Assembly: GCA_964016885.1 (NCBI GenBank)
Contig: OZ024740.1
Span: 377,828,001 to 377,892,000, forward strand
Direction: 5' to 3'
DNA length: 64,000 nt
From: Eledone cirrhosa
Lineage: Eukaryota
How positions within the stretch are numbered: the stretch's first letter is position 1; every line of letters starts with the position of its first letter. The notes under the pieces were generated by a model that did not search any database, was not told where the DNA came from, and was given only the letters and a program-made list of their open reading frames with translations. The position numbers and the translations under genes are program-made. Below are positions 13,699 through 25,408 of this stretch, in pieces.

Positions 13699-14307
13699 CA
13701 CAGGTTCTCAACCCATTTAGACCAAACGCCCCCTTTTGTCCCTCGAAATCGCGAAACGCCCCCCCCCCCCCCATTTTTCCATTTTTTCAATATACTACTG
13801 ATTTTTATATCAGTAGATTACTAAAAAATTGATTAACAATATTCCAAAGATGTGTGTATTATCTGATTATGTGTTGTATGTGGGTGGTCCTAGATGTGTG
13901 TGCTACTCGCTTCTGTTTTTTCTTTTCTTTTTTTTTTATTTGTAATATTATTTATACAATAGGGAATAAAATAGATCTACATAGTGTTAACTCGTTGCAG
14001 TTGAGTCAATAATTTCAGACATGAAATACATTGTTATCGGTGAAGGAAAAGATAAGATTCTAACTGGCTGTGCTCAAAGTGTCTTTGACCCAGTTGACTG
14101 TGGGTTTTTTCATTTTTAGGATCTCAATTACCGGACATGCCTGCACACTTGCTCACAGCTGCGGTCAGACTATAGTTATGCTGTCTGCAAGCTCATTCAA
14201 ATGTATTCACACTGGCTGTCTCAAAGACATACAAATATGGCTTATAAAACTTACCGAAACGCCCCCGGGGGTGCATATTCCCCCCCCCCCCCCGTTGAGA
14301 ACCTTTG
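13699..14307. mobile_element. hAT (Charlie-like) non-autonomous DNA transposon
   Basis: TIRs CACAGGTTCTCAAC / GTTGAGAACCTTTG; flanks GTCTTGAT / TTCTAGAT resemble a diverged NTCTAGAN 8-bp TSD; subterminal AAACGCCCCC repeats. Confidence 0.75.
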
Positions 14308-14309
14308 TT

Positions 14310-14401
14310 CTAGATGTCACTATGAGGTGAGACTAGATGTCACTATGAGGTGAGACTAGATGTCACTATGAGGTGAGTCTAGATGTCACTATGGGGTGAG
14401 A
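14310..14401 (+). repeat. Minisatellite, 23 bp x4 (CTAGATGTCACTATGAGGTGAGA)
   Basis: Seen directly. Confidence 0.9.
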
Positions 14402-14702
14402 CTTTGCCATCACTGATCTCAATAATGCTGTTGATTTCATGATAATTAGCTACAATTAGATGGAAGTCTAATCATTGATCTCCTCGGTGTGACGTGATAT
14501 TTTGACTTCATATACATGTCTTGGCTGAGGGTTTTTTGAGGTAGAATTCTACAGCCAGCTGCCCTTCCTGGTGCCAACCCATTTCATATTATTAAAGTAA
14601 GTTTTTAATCTTTACACAACAGGCTGCTGAATTGTAGAACATAATCAAATGTCCCTGAGAGAGATGTCAAATTGTGATGTCAAGACAGAGAAACACATGC
14701 CT

Positions 14703-14960
<258 letters not shown>

Positions 14961-15087
14961 AAGCATTTGCCAGCTCAAGATTATAGTAAAGACATGGTGT
15001 GTGTGTGACACAGTGAGAACACGAAACTAAGTTGTTGTGAAGCAAACTTTTCACCACACAACTATGTCTGTGTCCCCCTGGCTTTTT

Positions 15088-15720
15088 AATTGTCAAGTTA
15101 TATAGAGTATAGAAAAGAGTTATGCATGGCCGTATCAGACTTATTTGTAGCAGATAGATTTGCTTCTAAACAAGTTGTTTTGGCACCTCTCTTGTTTTTG
15201 CTGTTTATATAATGCTCTTATATGATTAAGTTTTCTGTTCTATGCTGGGGAAGGGGTGTATCCACATTACGAAATGCGTGGAACTATTCTCTACTTTTGT
15301 AGAAGTTAAAAGCAATGAAATCATTAAAAATATTTCATTCTAGCTTTCGTCTGAAAATGTTTATAGATATTTGGGGCTTCTAACTCCTCTTCAGATATAA
15401 GGGTGGATTATAATTTTTACTGTTGTTTCATAGCCGTTGTATTCCCACTCCCATTTCTCTCTCTTTCTCTCAAATTTTTTTCAATAGCTGCAAACTTCCT
15501 TTGCTTTTTAAGAGCTCCTTTCCTTTGGCAGGAAATGACTGCTTCTAACCGTCACTATTATTGAAATAAGCCAACTGGCCTACTGGCTTATATCGAACTT
15601 CAATTGTCAAATTGTTTAGAGTATAGAAGAGCATGGTTGTATTAATGCTTACTTGTGTAGTACAGCAGATATAAATGTTGCTTAGGTTTCGTTCTAGTTT
15701 TCGGCTGTGTATGTTTATAC
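15088..15720 (-). mobile_element. Old PLE-like partial tandem repeat with a hammerhead-core remnant
   Basis: Diverged direct repeat (AATTGTCAA...AGAGTATAGAA at ~15089 and ~15602). Minus-strand CTGAAGA...GAAAGCTA at 15341-15394 has a poor stem I. Confidence 0.4.
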
Positions 15721-15962
15721 GGTTGACAAAAGTATTTTCTGGTAATAATTCATTTTATACACACATTTATTTATATGTATTTAATGTGTCTAGTCTTTAT
15801 ATATTTAATCTATTGTGCACACCACATTGTGTTAGCACTTACTTCACTATATGTGTATGTGTAGAATGTGTGTGTATGTGTGTCTTCATGTTTACACCAC
15901 TTAAACAACCAGTGCTGTCTGTGTACTGTTTAAGCAATATGTCCCACAACTTATAGGTTTAA

Positions 15963-16165
15963 CCCTTTAGCATTTATTACTCTATATTTACTATTGTATT
16001 TTCATGGTAAACACTTTATCTCACTTAATATCGAATCTACGAGATTTTGATATTTATTTTGAGAACAATACCATAACATAAGTATGATCAGCTGCTTATG
16101 GCCAGTTTGAACAGAAAGAGGTGAGAGAATTATGGTCGGATACAGCCAGTTTAAATGCTAAAGGG
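15963..16165 (+). mobile_element. piggyBac-type MITE family A
   Basis: TTAA-CCCTTTAGCATTTA...TAAATGCTAAAGGG-TTAA. Confidence 0.9.
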
Positions 16166-16637
16166 TTAATGGATGAAAATCAGTGCTTAAAAATCAAGTG
16201 AGGATTGGGGTCAGGAAGAGTATGAGGCCACTACATATAAATGCTTCATGAAAATTAAGTGCATGAGTGCATGTTCAAACTATGTAAACTTGTTTTGTGG
16301 TCTTATTTTAATTTGAATGTATTAGTTGAATCCATAATTAGTGGTACCAGCAGAATCTTGATTATATCTTAGGCACTACTTACCACTTAGACTAAAATAT
16401 CCTTATCTACTTCACCTGCCACTTTCTTTAAGTTGCTTGGATAAAGTATAATTTTATTTACATTTTTCATAAATGTAATTTCTCCCTTTAACCCAGTTGA
16501 TACCAAACTGCCAGAGACTGCCTTCAGTCCTATCATACAGGACTTAATTTTTTTTAATATTTTTATTTATCTGAAACTTTTCCATCGTAATTTTATGTAA
16601 GAACCTTTCTAAAGCTGTGTATCAGACACCAGCTTAA

Positions 16638-16842
16638 CCCTTGCATTGCTATATATTTACTATTGTATTTTTACGGTAAACACTTTATCTCATGTAATTA
16701 GCTCACATAATATCAAATCTACGAAATTTTGATATTATTTATTTTGAGAACAATACCTTAATATAAGTATGGTTATGCCCAATTTGAACAGAAAGCGGTG
16801 AGAGAATTCTGGCCAGATACAGCCGGTTTAAATGCGAAAGGG
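16638..16842 (+). mobile_element. piggyBac-type MITE family A
   Basis: TTAA TSD, CCC...GGG ends and same body; adjoins a family B MITE remnant starting ~16490. Confidence 0.85.
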
Positions 16843-17023
16843 TTAAAACTTGATATCCTGTACCACCTAAAACCACATTAGTATGACATTTTTGAAAAGT
16901 ACAAAACAGCACTAAGAATGCATCATATTAAAAATTAGTCTTTGGTTTACTACAAATCTTCATAATAAACTATCCACAAGTAAAGATACTATACACATTG
17001 AAATTAAGAAACCCATTTTTAGA

Positions 17024-17351
17024 CATTTTACAACTCAATCATTACAGGATGTTGAAAGTTAAAAGCATAAAAATGTTTTATTTTTAGAAAAAATAACATA
17101 CATTTATTGTGGATGGAATTTCATCATTGAGGTTACATTTCAGTTGTGGCCATCCTACCTAATATTGTAACTTGAGAACTGAGCATAAATACTCAGTTCA
17201 CCATACCCAATATTAGGTAGGATGGCCACAACTGAAATGTAACCTCAATGATGAAATTCCATCCACAATAAATGTATCTTATTTCTTCTAAAAATAAAAC
17301 ATTTTTATGCTTTTAACTGTCAGCATCCGGTAATGATTGAGCAGTAAAATG
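17024..17351. repeat. Long inverted repeat (144-bp arms, 40-bp spacer), possible foldback element
   Basis: Arms 17024-17167 / 17208-17351 with the inner 70 bp perfect; weaker outer arms ~16870-16926 / 17349-17403. Confidence 0.9.
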
Positions 17352-18486
17352 ATGCAATTTTAGTGGTTTTGAACTTTTCAAGAATTTCTTGCTAATGTGG
17401 TTTCATGAAGTAGAGAGAGACGTGGAAAAATAGAATACATATTTGTTGTTCTTCACTTGAATATAATATCTTTACAATTTCAATTTTCTTCTTTGTTCAA
17501 GTTGGGCTCCAGCATCATGAAGTTTGATGCTGCTAAAATTATCATCATCATCCACTTTCTCTGCTAACAAGGGTGTGGATGAGTCTTCAGCAGACCACAT
17601 CAGTACTCAAATGAAGGTGCTAACTCCATGGGTGGACCGAAAATCTGCATCTCACTGATTCTGCACTCTATTGAGTGCTCAAACAGGCTGTGAACCTGCA
17701 ACTCGCTTACATACGATTCTGTGTTCTACCAAATGCATGACACCAGCACTAGGAAGGTTGTCATGTCTTTGATGCAGTTGAAGAGTCCTATGGCTAAAAC
17801 ACCTTATAAATATTTGTAACATAGCTACAGTAGTTATTGATTCCACTACACAAGAAATGTCATTTTTTTTCTTTTTTGTAATTTCTTTTATTACTAATTT
17901 GCCATAGTTCATCACAATGGTTTCTACTATAGGCACAAGTCCAGCAATTTGGAGGGAGAGGAAAGTTGATTAAGTCGTCCCCAGTGCATTACTTTATCGA
18001 CCATGTAAGGATGAGAGGCAAAGTTAACCTTGGCAGGATTTGAACTCAGACAATAAAGGGCACCATAGTTCATCATAATAAAAATCAACCAGAAAGAAAT
18101 ATTTTCCTACATTAATCCTTTCATTACGATATTATGATTTTCAGATAATTTTGAAAATAATCAAGAATTTGGATAGATTTAGTAATATAACTTTCTCATT
18201 ATTAATCTGCTATTTGGAACATAAACAAAGGTTCTTACTTCCATCATTTTATAATGATGGAAATATTTTTTAGATAAATAGAAACACTTTAAAATAAACA
18301 TCTTAGTATTGGCGAATTAGGAGCAATTTCAGGTAATTTGATATCAAAAGATGTATCAAGGCTGATTTTAGAATGTTTTTATTCAGCAATGAAGAAATGA
18401 AGTTAAGATTCCATGGGCCTTTTCTATAGTCTAATCTGTGAGATGCCTCACTAAAGATTAGAGAGAAACAAAATATAATTATTTAA

Positions 18487-18684
18487 CCCTTTATCATTTA
18501 CATTACTCGATATATACTATTTTATTTTTGCAGTAAAGGCTTTATCTCACATAATATCGAATCTATGAGATTTTGATATTATTTATTTTGAGAACAATAC
18601 CTTAACGTTGGAATGTATGGCTGGTTTCAATAGTAAGAGGTGAGAGAATTCTGGCTGGATATGGGTGGTTTAAATGCTAAAGGG
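18487..18684 (+). mobile_element. piggyBac-type MITE family A
   Basis: TTAA TSD and TIRs. Confidence 0.85.
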
Positions 18685-18884
18685 TTAATGTTATAATTAT
18701 TGGAATGGTCCTCCATCAGTTTCAATGATGAGTGTTCTCGTTTGATCAAGAGGACATCCTGTTCATTAAATTGATATGTAAGTGGCCGAGCATTCCATGA
18801 GTACCCTTAATGTAATTAATTATGAGGGAGATTCAGTGTGACGCAGTATTTGGATTACAGATACAGTCCATCTGACAGGCATCC

Positions 18885-19040
18885 AAATAGTTTCAATCTA
18901 CCCAATTTCATTCACAAGGCAAGGGTCAACCCGAGGCTATAATAGTAAAAGATACTTGCTGAAGATGCCATACTGGGATTGAACCCGGGACCTAACGATT
19001 ACAAAACAAACGTCTGAACCATTCAACCATGCTACATCCA
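18885..19040 (-). mobile_element. tRNA-derived SINE family 3 (related copies ~11900, ~34360, ~58180)
   Basis: Minus-strand tRNA-like head (TGGTTGAATGG...GGTTCAATCCC) followed by a shared body. Confidence 0.6.
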
Positions 19041-19506
19041 CTACCTTAACATTAATAATTTTAACCTTAGTGGTTACAGCTGTTATTGTTAAGGTGGATG
19101 GCAGAAACATTAGTGTGCAAGATGAACTGTTTAGCAATGTTTAGTTACATCTCTTTGCTGTGTTCTGACTTTAAATCCCAGTGAGATTAATTTTTCCCTC
19201 TTTCATCCTTCTGGTGTGTATTAAATATGTATCAAAAGCACTGGGATTGACTAAATCAACAAACTCCTCCAACAAACATCTGTGGCCTTGTGTCAATATT
19301 AGAAATCATTATTTTTATTATTATTATTCATAATTGTTGTTATTATTCATATTGTTCTGGCAGATGTTACACTGACACTATACCAAAAGAGCGAGCCAAT
19401 GGCCAAAGGTCCTTTGGGTCATTCATTCTTCTTCAACTTTCCAACACCCTTTCTCAAAATTCGTGCAGTTCCCAGCAAGACTGTTTTCTGCAACAATCAT
19501 GTCCTG

Positions 19507-19633
19507 ATGGTAATTCCTAGCTTCACAAGCCATGGTAATTCCTAGCTTCACAAGCCATGGTAATTCCTAGCTTCACAAGCCATGGTAATTCCTAGCTTCA
19601 CAAGCCATGGTAATTCCTAGCTTCACAAGCCAT
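19507..19633 (+). repeat. Perfect minisatellite, 25 bp x5 (ATGGTAATTCCTAGCTTCACAAGCC)
   Basis: Five identical units with no spacers. Confidence 0.95.
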
Positions 19634-19649
19634 CCAACCTTTATTATTA

Positions 19650-20078
19650 TGGATTGGCAGTATCTGTAGAGTGTCGGACACTATGCTTTGCAGCATGTAA
19701 TTATGGCCCTTTACGTTCTGCGTTCAAATCTCGCCGAAGTTAACTTTGCCTGCCATCCTTACAGGGTTGATAAAAGAACGCACCAGTAATGCACTGAGGT
19801 AATTGCTGGCCTTGTGCCAAAAGTAGAAACAATTATTATTAGCAGTTTCAAAGGTGGTGGTTTGGTAGAATTGTTACAATGTCAGATTAAATGAACTGCA
19901 GTATTTTGTTATGGCCTTCTACGTTCTGGTTTCACATCCTGCCATGATCAACTTTGCCCTACATCCTTCCAGCGTCGATAAAATAAAGTACCAGTAAAGT
20001 ACTGGTGCTGGTATAATCGACTTTATCCCTTCCTCCTAAAATTGCTGGCCTTCTGCCTAAATTAGAAACCATTGTTAT
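19650..20078 (+). mobile_element. Two tandem SINE family 1 copies
   Basis: Same body and tail as 10101. Confidence 0.8.
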
Positions 20079-20113
20079 TAGCAATTTCATTTGTGTCACA
20101 CTTCTCTTTAGGT

Positions 20114-20340
20114 CAGTGGTTCCCAACCTTTTCTCTATTATTTTATTTAAATGAATCCCCTGATGGAACCCCTACTGCAATTATTCACTTCTCGAATTTT
20201 TATACATTGAGAATAACAATCATAACAGAAAAATGTTTATACTTAGAGAAGAATGGTTTATTCAGTAGTGTGTGCATTTTTAACAAAATATTTCGAGCCC
20301 CCAGTCCTACTTTTGTGGACTCCAGATTGGGACCCACTAC
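20114..20340. mobile_element. hAT (Charlie-like) MITE, degraded
   Basis: Ends CAGTGGTTCCCAACC / GATTGGGACCCACTAC with CTTTAG on both flanks. Confidence 0.55.
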
Positions 20341-20784
20341 AGCTTTAGACTCATCTATTTAAATTTGCACTTAAGTTGGAGAGGAAAAAAAATGTTTGTT
20401 TTTTTTTGTTTTTCTTTTTCTTTTTTTTCATTGTTTTCTGTCAGGATATGAAAAGGAAAGAAACAAAACTTTACAAGTGAAAAATGTCAGTTTGTGGTGT
20501 GTTAATTCATTATGGAGAGAGCATTCATCTAGTTGACACATATTTTAACTTATAAATTTCATAAAAAAAAAAAAAAAAGCCTGAAGCATCACAGCTAGCT
20601 TCTTTTTATGCATATAAATAATGTATCTTTTGAAGAGGGTCCTGCCTAAAGTGTCCACTCATCTCACCTTTCATAGCGCACAAGCTTATCTTATTTAATG
20701 AATTCTATTAACTGTATCTTTCCTTCTATCGTAGATCATCACTAGTTTGTACAGACAGTCCCCACCTCCTGGTACTATATGTAT

Positions 20785-21060
20785 ATCATCATCATCATCA
20801 CACGTCCGTTCTTCCACGCTAGCATGGGTTAGACGGGTTGTCCTGTTGTGGGCAGTGTCCGGTCGGCTGACCTTGTCTTGCTCATACGGGAACTGATTCT
20901 GGCTTGATTTCTACAGCTGGATGCCCTTCCTAACACCAACCTCATTTACAGTGAGTGCTGGGTGCTGTTTTTCCGTGGCACCTACACGTCCACTTTACAG
21001 TGTGGGCTGGGTGCTTTTTTGCCGTGGCACCTCCACGACCACTTTGCAGTGGGAGGGGGT
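20785..21060 (-). mobile_element. SINE family 2, 3' part with (ATG)n tail
   Basis: Shares CTACAGCTGGATGCCCTTCCTAACACCAACC with 22020, 36772 and 58368. Confidence 0.75.
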
Positions 21061-21220
21061 GGGGGCATATTGTCTCTATGCTTCAGCTTCGGCTTGTACC
21101 CGTGGGGGCTCGGGTCTTCTGTATTACTGCAGTATGTTATATATATGTATATGATAATTCGTTGAAGAGATGGCCATCTTGTGTAAAGAAGTGGCAACTA
21201 TCATGTATGTGTGTATGTAT

Positions 21221-21831
21221 GCCGGGTCACTCTTGAGTGCTACTGGTAACATGTAACCCAGTACAACCTGTCGCATGGTCGGGTCATCGGCGACTAAACT
21301 GGCAACCCCACCAAGTTTACTTGGTGAGGAGGGCGATTTTGGACACCCTGCAGGACAAAAAACAAAACCTGACAAAGGGCGGAAGAACTCATAAGAGTCA
21401 ACGGCCATCCAAAAGTGTGTAAATATGTATATACACATGTACATATGTATGTATATGTGTATATACATGGGTGCATATGTATGTATATGCGCGGGGACAT
21501 AGAAATAGTCGGGCTGGACACCCGATCGCGCGGTTAAACTACTGGGAGTGAAGGACCTCTAGCCTTTGTCAAGGCATTCTTCTAGGAGAAGACAACTCAG
21601 GAAACTGGGATAACTCCGATATAAAACCTGCGGCTCAGTAGTTACTGATGATGTTGATCTTTTCTTCTTTTCGAGTTATAGTTACTGTCGCTCAGAGAGT
21701 GGGGTTGGCTCAGTGCACAGTCTTTCCTCACTTTAAAAAATATCTTCATGCACAGGAATTGCATGATAGAATTTATTAATAATGGTATATCGTGCAATGG
21801 CCATACTCAATAATGAGGGGGCAGCCATCAT
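21221..21831 (+). mobile_element. Diverged third member of the bipartite RTE-derived element, with an internal microsatellite
   Basis: Same 5' ~190 bp and same 3' end (GGCCATACTC..GAG..GGCAGCCATCAT); sits in TA/TG repeats. Confidence 0.7.
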
Positions 21832-22019
21832 ATATATATATGTATATATACGTATATATATATGTGTATGTATCTGTGTATATATGTATCTGTGTGTATA
21901 TGTGTGCGTGTATGTGTATATGTGTGCGTGTGTGTATATGTGTATGTGTATGTATATATGTGTGCGTGTATGTGTGTATGCATGTATGTATATGTGTGTG
22001 AGTGTGTATGTATATGTGT

Positions 22020-22764
22020 CATCATCATCATCAACGTTTAACGTCCGTGTTCCACGCTTGCATGGGTTTGGACGGGGGTTTTCCCACTTGAGGCAAGATT
22101 TGGGGGTTTTCTACAGCTGGATGCCCTTCCTAACACCAACCACATTTACAGTGTGGGGCTGGGAGGTTTTTACCGTGTTGCCTACACGGCCACATTACAG
22201 CGTGAGCTGTGTGTTTTTTTGTCATGACACCTACACGATCTCATTTGTTTCGGCCTGGATGTTGTGGCACCAACATAACTTTACATTGAAAGGGGCGGTG
22301 TGGATGGGGGGGGGGGGGGGGTATTTTGTTAGAGATGCCTACTGACTGTAGTAGGTTTTACTTTGTATTTAGGTAAGGCGGGTCTTCTCTATTACTGAGT
22401 ACCGCCAAAGGTCTCGGTCCAGTGACATTGTCTTGGTGAGGTGTAAGTGTGTGAGGTCGGAATTTATCAGCTCGTCCCAGGTCTTTCTGGGTCTGCCTAT
22501 TCCGTGGCTACCGTCTATCTTTATTGCCCTGCACTTTGTTATACAGCTATCGTCTTTCATGCGCATCACGTGACCATACCAACGTAGCCTTCTCTCGAGT
22601 AAACATCTGATCCCTCTTATTTCTAATTTTTTCCTTAGTTCGTTTATGCTTTGCCGTTTACGTATATTACTATTACACATCCAACGGAGCATGCATGCTT
22701 CATTCCTTTCCAGTCTGCGTATATCCTCTGCACACAATGCCCAGGTCTCACTGCCATGCAACAT
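22020..22764 (-). mobile_element. RTE LINE 3' fragment (C-terminal ORF 22369-22764) followed by a family-2-like 3' region with (ATG)n tail
   Basis: MLHGSETW...RRLRWYGHVMRM...GRPRKTW...DRDLWR, the classic RTE C-terminus. Confidence 0.9.
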
Positions 22765-23016
22765 TGCTGTTCGTATGTATATGTGTATATGTGTGTGTGT
22801 ATGTATGTATATGTATATTTATGTGTGTATATGTAGGACCTTTCCAAACGTATATATAACTTCCAAACCCTCCATCTCCATATTTTCTTGCATGTCTTGT
22901 TCTGGCTAAAAAATAACTTATGCTGGGTGGTGCATTCTTCCCTTAATATTTATTACAGTCCATTTATCTCATTCTTTATATATGTGTCTGTGGGTATATA
23001 TATACATACATACAAA

Positions 23017-23117
23017 CAGGGTGTCTCCAAAAAATGTATACCCACTTCAACAGCATTCTGATAAATATTGCCTGTACAGGTAATCAAAGTGTGTATACAT
23101 TTTTTTGGGACACCCTG
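23017..23117. mobile_element. Tc1/mariner-type MITE (~100 bp)
   Basis: TIRs CAGGGTGTCTCCAAAAAATGTATAC / GTATACATTTTTTTGGGACACCCTG; TA on the right flank, AA on the left. Confidence 0.75.
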
Positions 23118-23299
23118 TATATATATAATATCAATTGATATGTATAACCTGTCTGCTTCTTTGCCTCATTTGACAACCATCTACAAAGACAAGGACTAAA
23201 ACTTGATCTCCTCACAAGCAGTATTTTCATTTATTGAAAAATTAATTGGCTGATCCTACCTTCTTCATACACAAAATTCCTATTTATATTCAGTTTGTC

Positions 23300-23523
23300 T
23301 TTATGGCTTTCATTTCTCTCTTTCTTCCCTCTCTCTTGTCTCTTCTCCTCTTTCTCTCTCCATTTCTCCCTCATTTCTCTCTTTGCTTTTTCCGTTACCT
23401 TTCTCTCTCTTCTCTCTCTCACACACCTCTTTCTTCTCTCTCTTTTCTCACTTCTCTCTCTCTCCTCTCCTCCTCTCTATCTTCCTCTCCTCTTCCCCCC
23501 TCCTCTCCTCTCCCTTCTCTCTC
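23300..23523. repeat. CT-rich low-complexity tract
   Basis: Seen directly. Confidence 0.9.
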
Positions 23524-25203
23524 AAGCTTGATATCTTCAAATTGATAATCATGTTTCTTCATTTTTAAATAATTGTTAATCTAATTTTAAATCATTACTT
23601 TCATACAGTATTCAGAACAAATGTATAATTTAAACAAAATTAAATGTTTCCATTAGAAATCATTGTTTTCATTAAGCTGTAGATTATTATCATCTGGAAA
23701 AATTCATTCACAGAATGTGAACACTCCCAACATTCAACAGCAATAAGCTATCAATTAAAAGCTTAAAACTCGCCAGTAAATCTCTCCAAGATCATATGTT
23801 CAGATCATTGGATTGGATCGGGTTATCATTTAATGTCTGTTTTTCTTCTTTACGTTTTAAAAATAAAAGAAAGGATACATTAAATAATGCTATCCTAGAC
23901 ATAGTATGTCTAAAAAAAAAAAAAAAAGGAAAATAAAAACCTAGCTCATCATGACTGTATATCTTTGATTGTAGGTCTACTTGAACAAGGCTGGCTATTA
24001 TCATTATTATTTTTACATCCACTTTTCCATGCTGGCATTGGTTGGATGAAACTTTTTTGAGGCAATATTTCTATGGCTGGATGTCTTTCTTTATACCAAC
24101 CCTCATTTGTTTTTAAGAACTAAATAACCACACCACACAGCAACAAATGAAATGAGCTCATATATTTTCTATATCAATTTCTGCAGCAAGCCATTTTATC
24201 AGATCTTTGTTGATGCAAGTTTATCTCCCATATTACATGAGGCCTGTGTTCAATGAGGTTTGTCAAACATTCATGTGACATCCGCAACTGAGAAAACACC
24301 ATACTACCACCAGCATCGTTGTTATTGTCCTTCTATGTCAATTTCCTCATGCTTACATGTATCCTAATCATCTGTTGCTCATACTATATTGAAATGCATT
24401 CATGAAAGTAAACATGAATATTTACTTTCTTAAAAAACACAAGATTATTGTAGTGTTTTCCCCTTCCCAGCTTAAGAAAGTATTATCTGGAGGAAGCAAG
24501 TGATTTTCTCAACCATACTTCAGTTTCTATTGTTAGAACTACTTGTAAATGTTTGGTTTATTTATCAAAAATAGTGTTTGTATTATGTCTACAGTAGCTA
24601 CTATATTGGTATCAGACTGATTTCAAAGTGATTGATGATGGAAGTAAGCATTGTATCCATATAAAGTTTGAATAAGGTTTCTTTTGGGCCAATGAGGGAG
24701 CCTCTATGCATTTACTTAACTTGCTAAACAATAGAAGCCAAATCTCTCTAATCACACCCTGCTATCTAAAATAAAGAAAAGTATATTGGCAATATAGACT
24801 CTGGTCATGGCTGGAATGTCCTTGCACAATCAGAGCTAGCCTGTGGCAAAGAAACAGCATAGTTTCATTACTAAGAAGATATTGAAAATTTGGTTTAGCG
24901 TATTGAGTTTAGTGAAAAATGGTTGAACTACATTTTATGGCATGTCAAGCATGTGAACTTGAGCCTATGGTTTTACTAGACTGCTAAATTGAATTAATTC
25001 TCAGTCCATCAGTGATTAGTGTACTATTAATAAGCATCACTAATCACTAACAGCCGTGCAAGTCTACCTTCCCTAACAGTGAGAGTACCCTCACATCACA
25101 GCCTAGACAGACCTGATTACATAATTTGCTGCACACAGTATATGGCTCATTCTACACAGACTATCAATAGATCAAGACTTATTCTACATACAATGCCACT
25201 TAA

Positions 25204-25408
25204 CCCTTTAGTATTTTCATATATCTACTATTGTATTTTTGTGGTAAAGGCTTTATCTTACATAATTATCTCACATAATATCGAATCTATGAGATTTTGA
25301 TGCTATTTATTTTGAGAACAATACCTTAATGTTGGTATTAGTGGCTGGTTTGAACAGAAAGAAGTGAGAGAATTCTGGCTGGATTCAGCCAGTTTAAATG
25401 CCAAAGGG
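25204..25408 (+). mobile_element. piggyBac-type MITE family A
   Basis: TTAA TSD and TIRs. Confidence 0.85.

Larger units (their letters stand above)
13530..14437 (+). pseudogene. Decayed RTE-type reverse transcriptase fragment split by a hAT MITE
   Basis: PMKLANLIRAYY...SGVQYDCSLFPMFFNWIM...ITDLNNAVD resembles the GVRQGCxLSPxLFN and DLDYADD motifs. Confidence 0.55.

Noticed and set aside
19507-19633. CRISPR-like array
   Set aside because: No spacers, no cas genes, eukaryotic context
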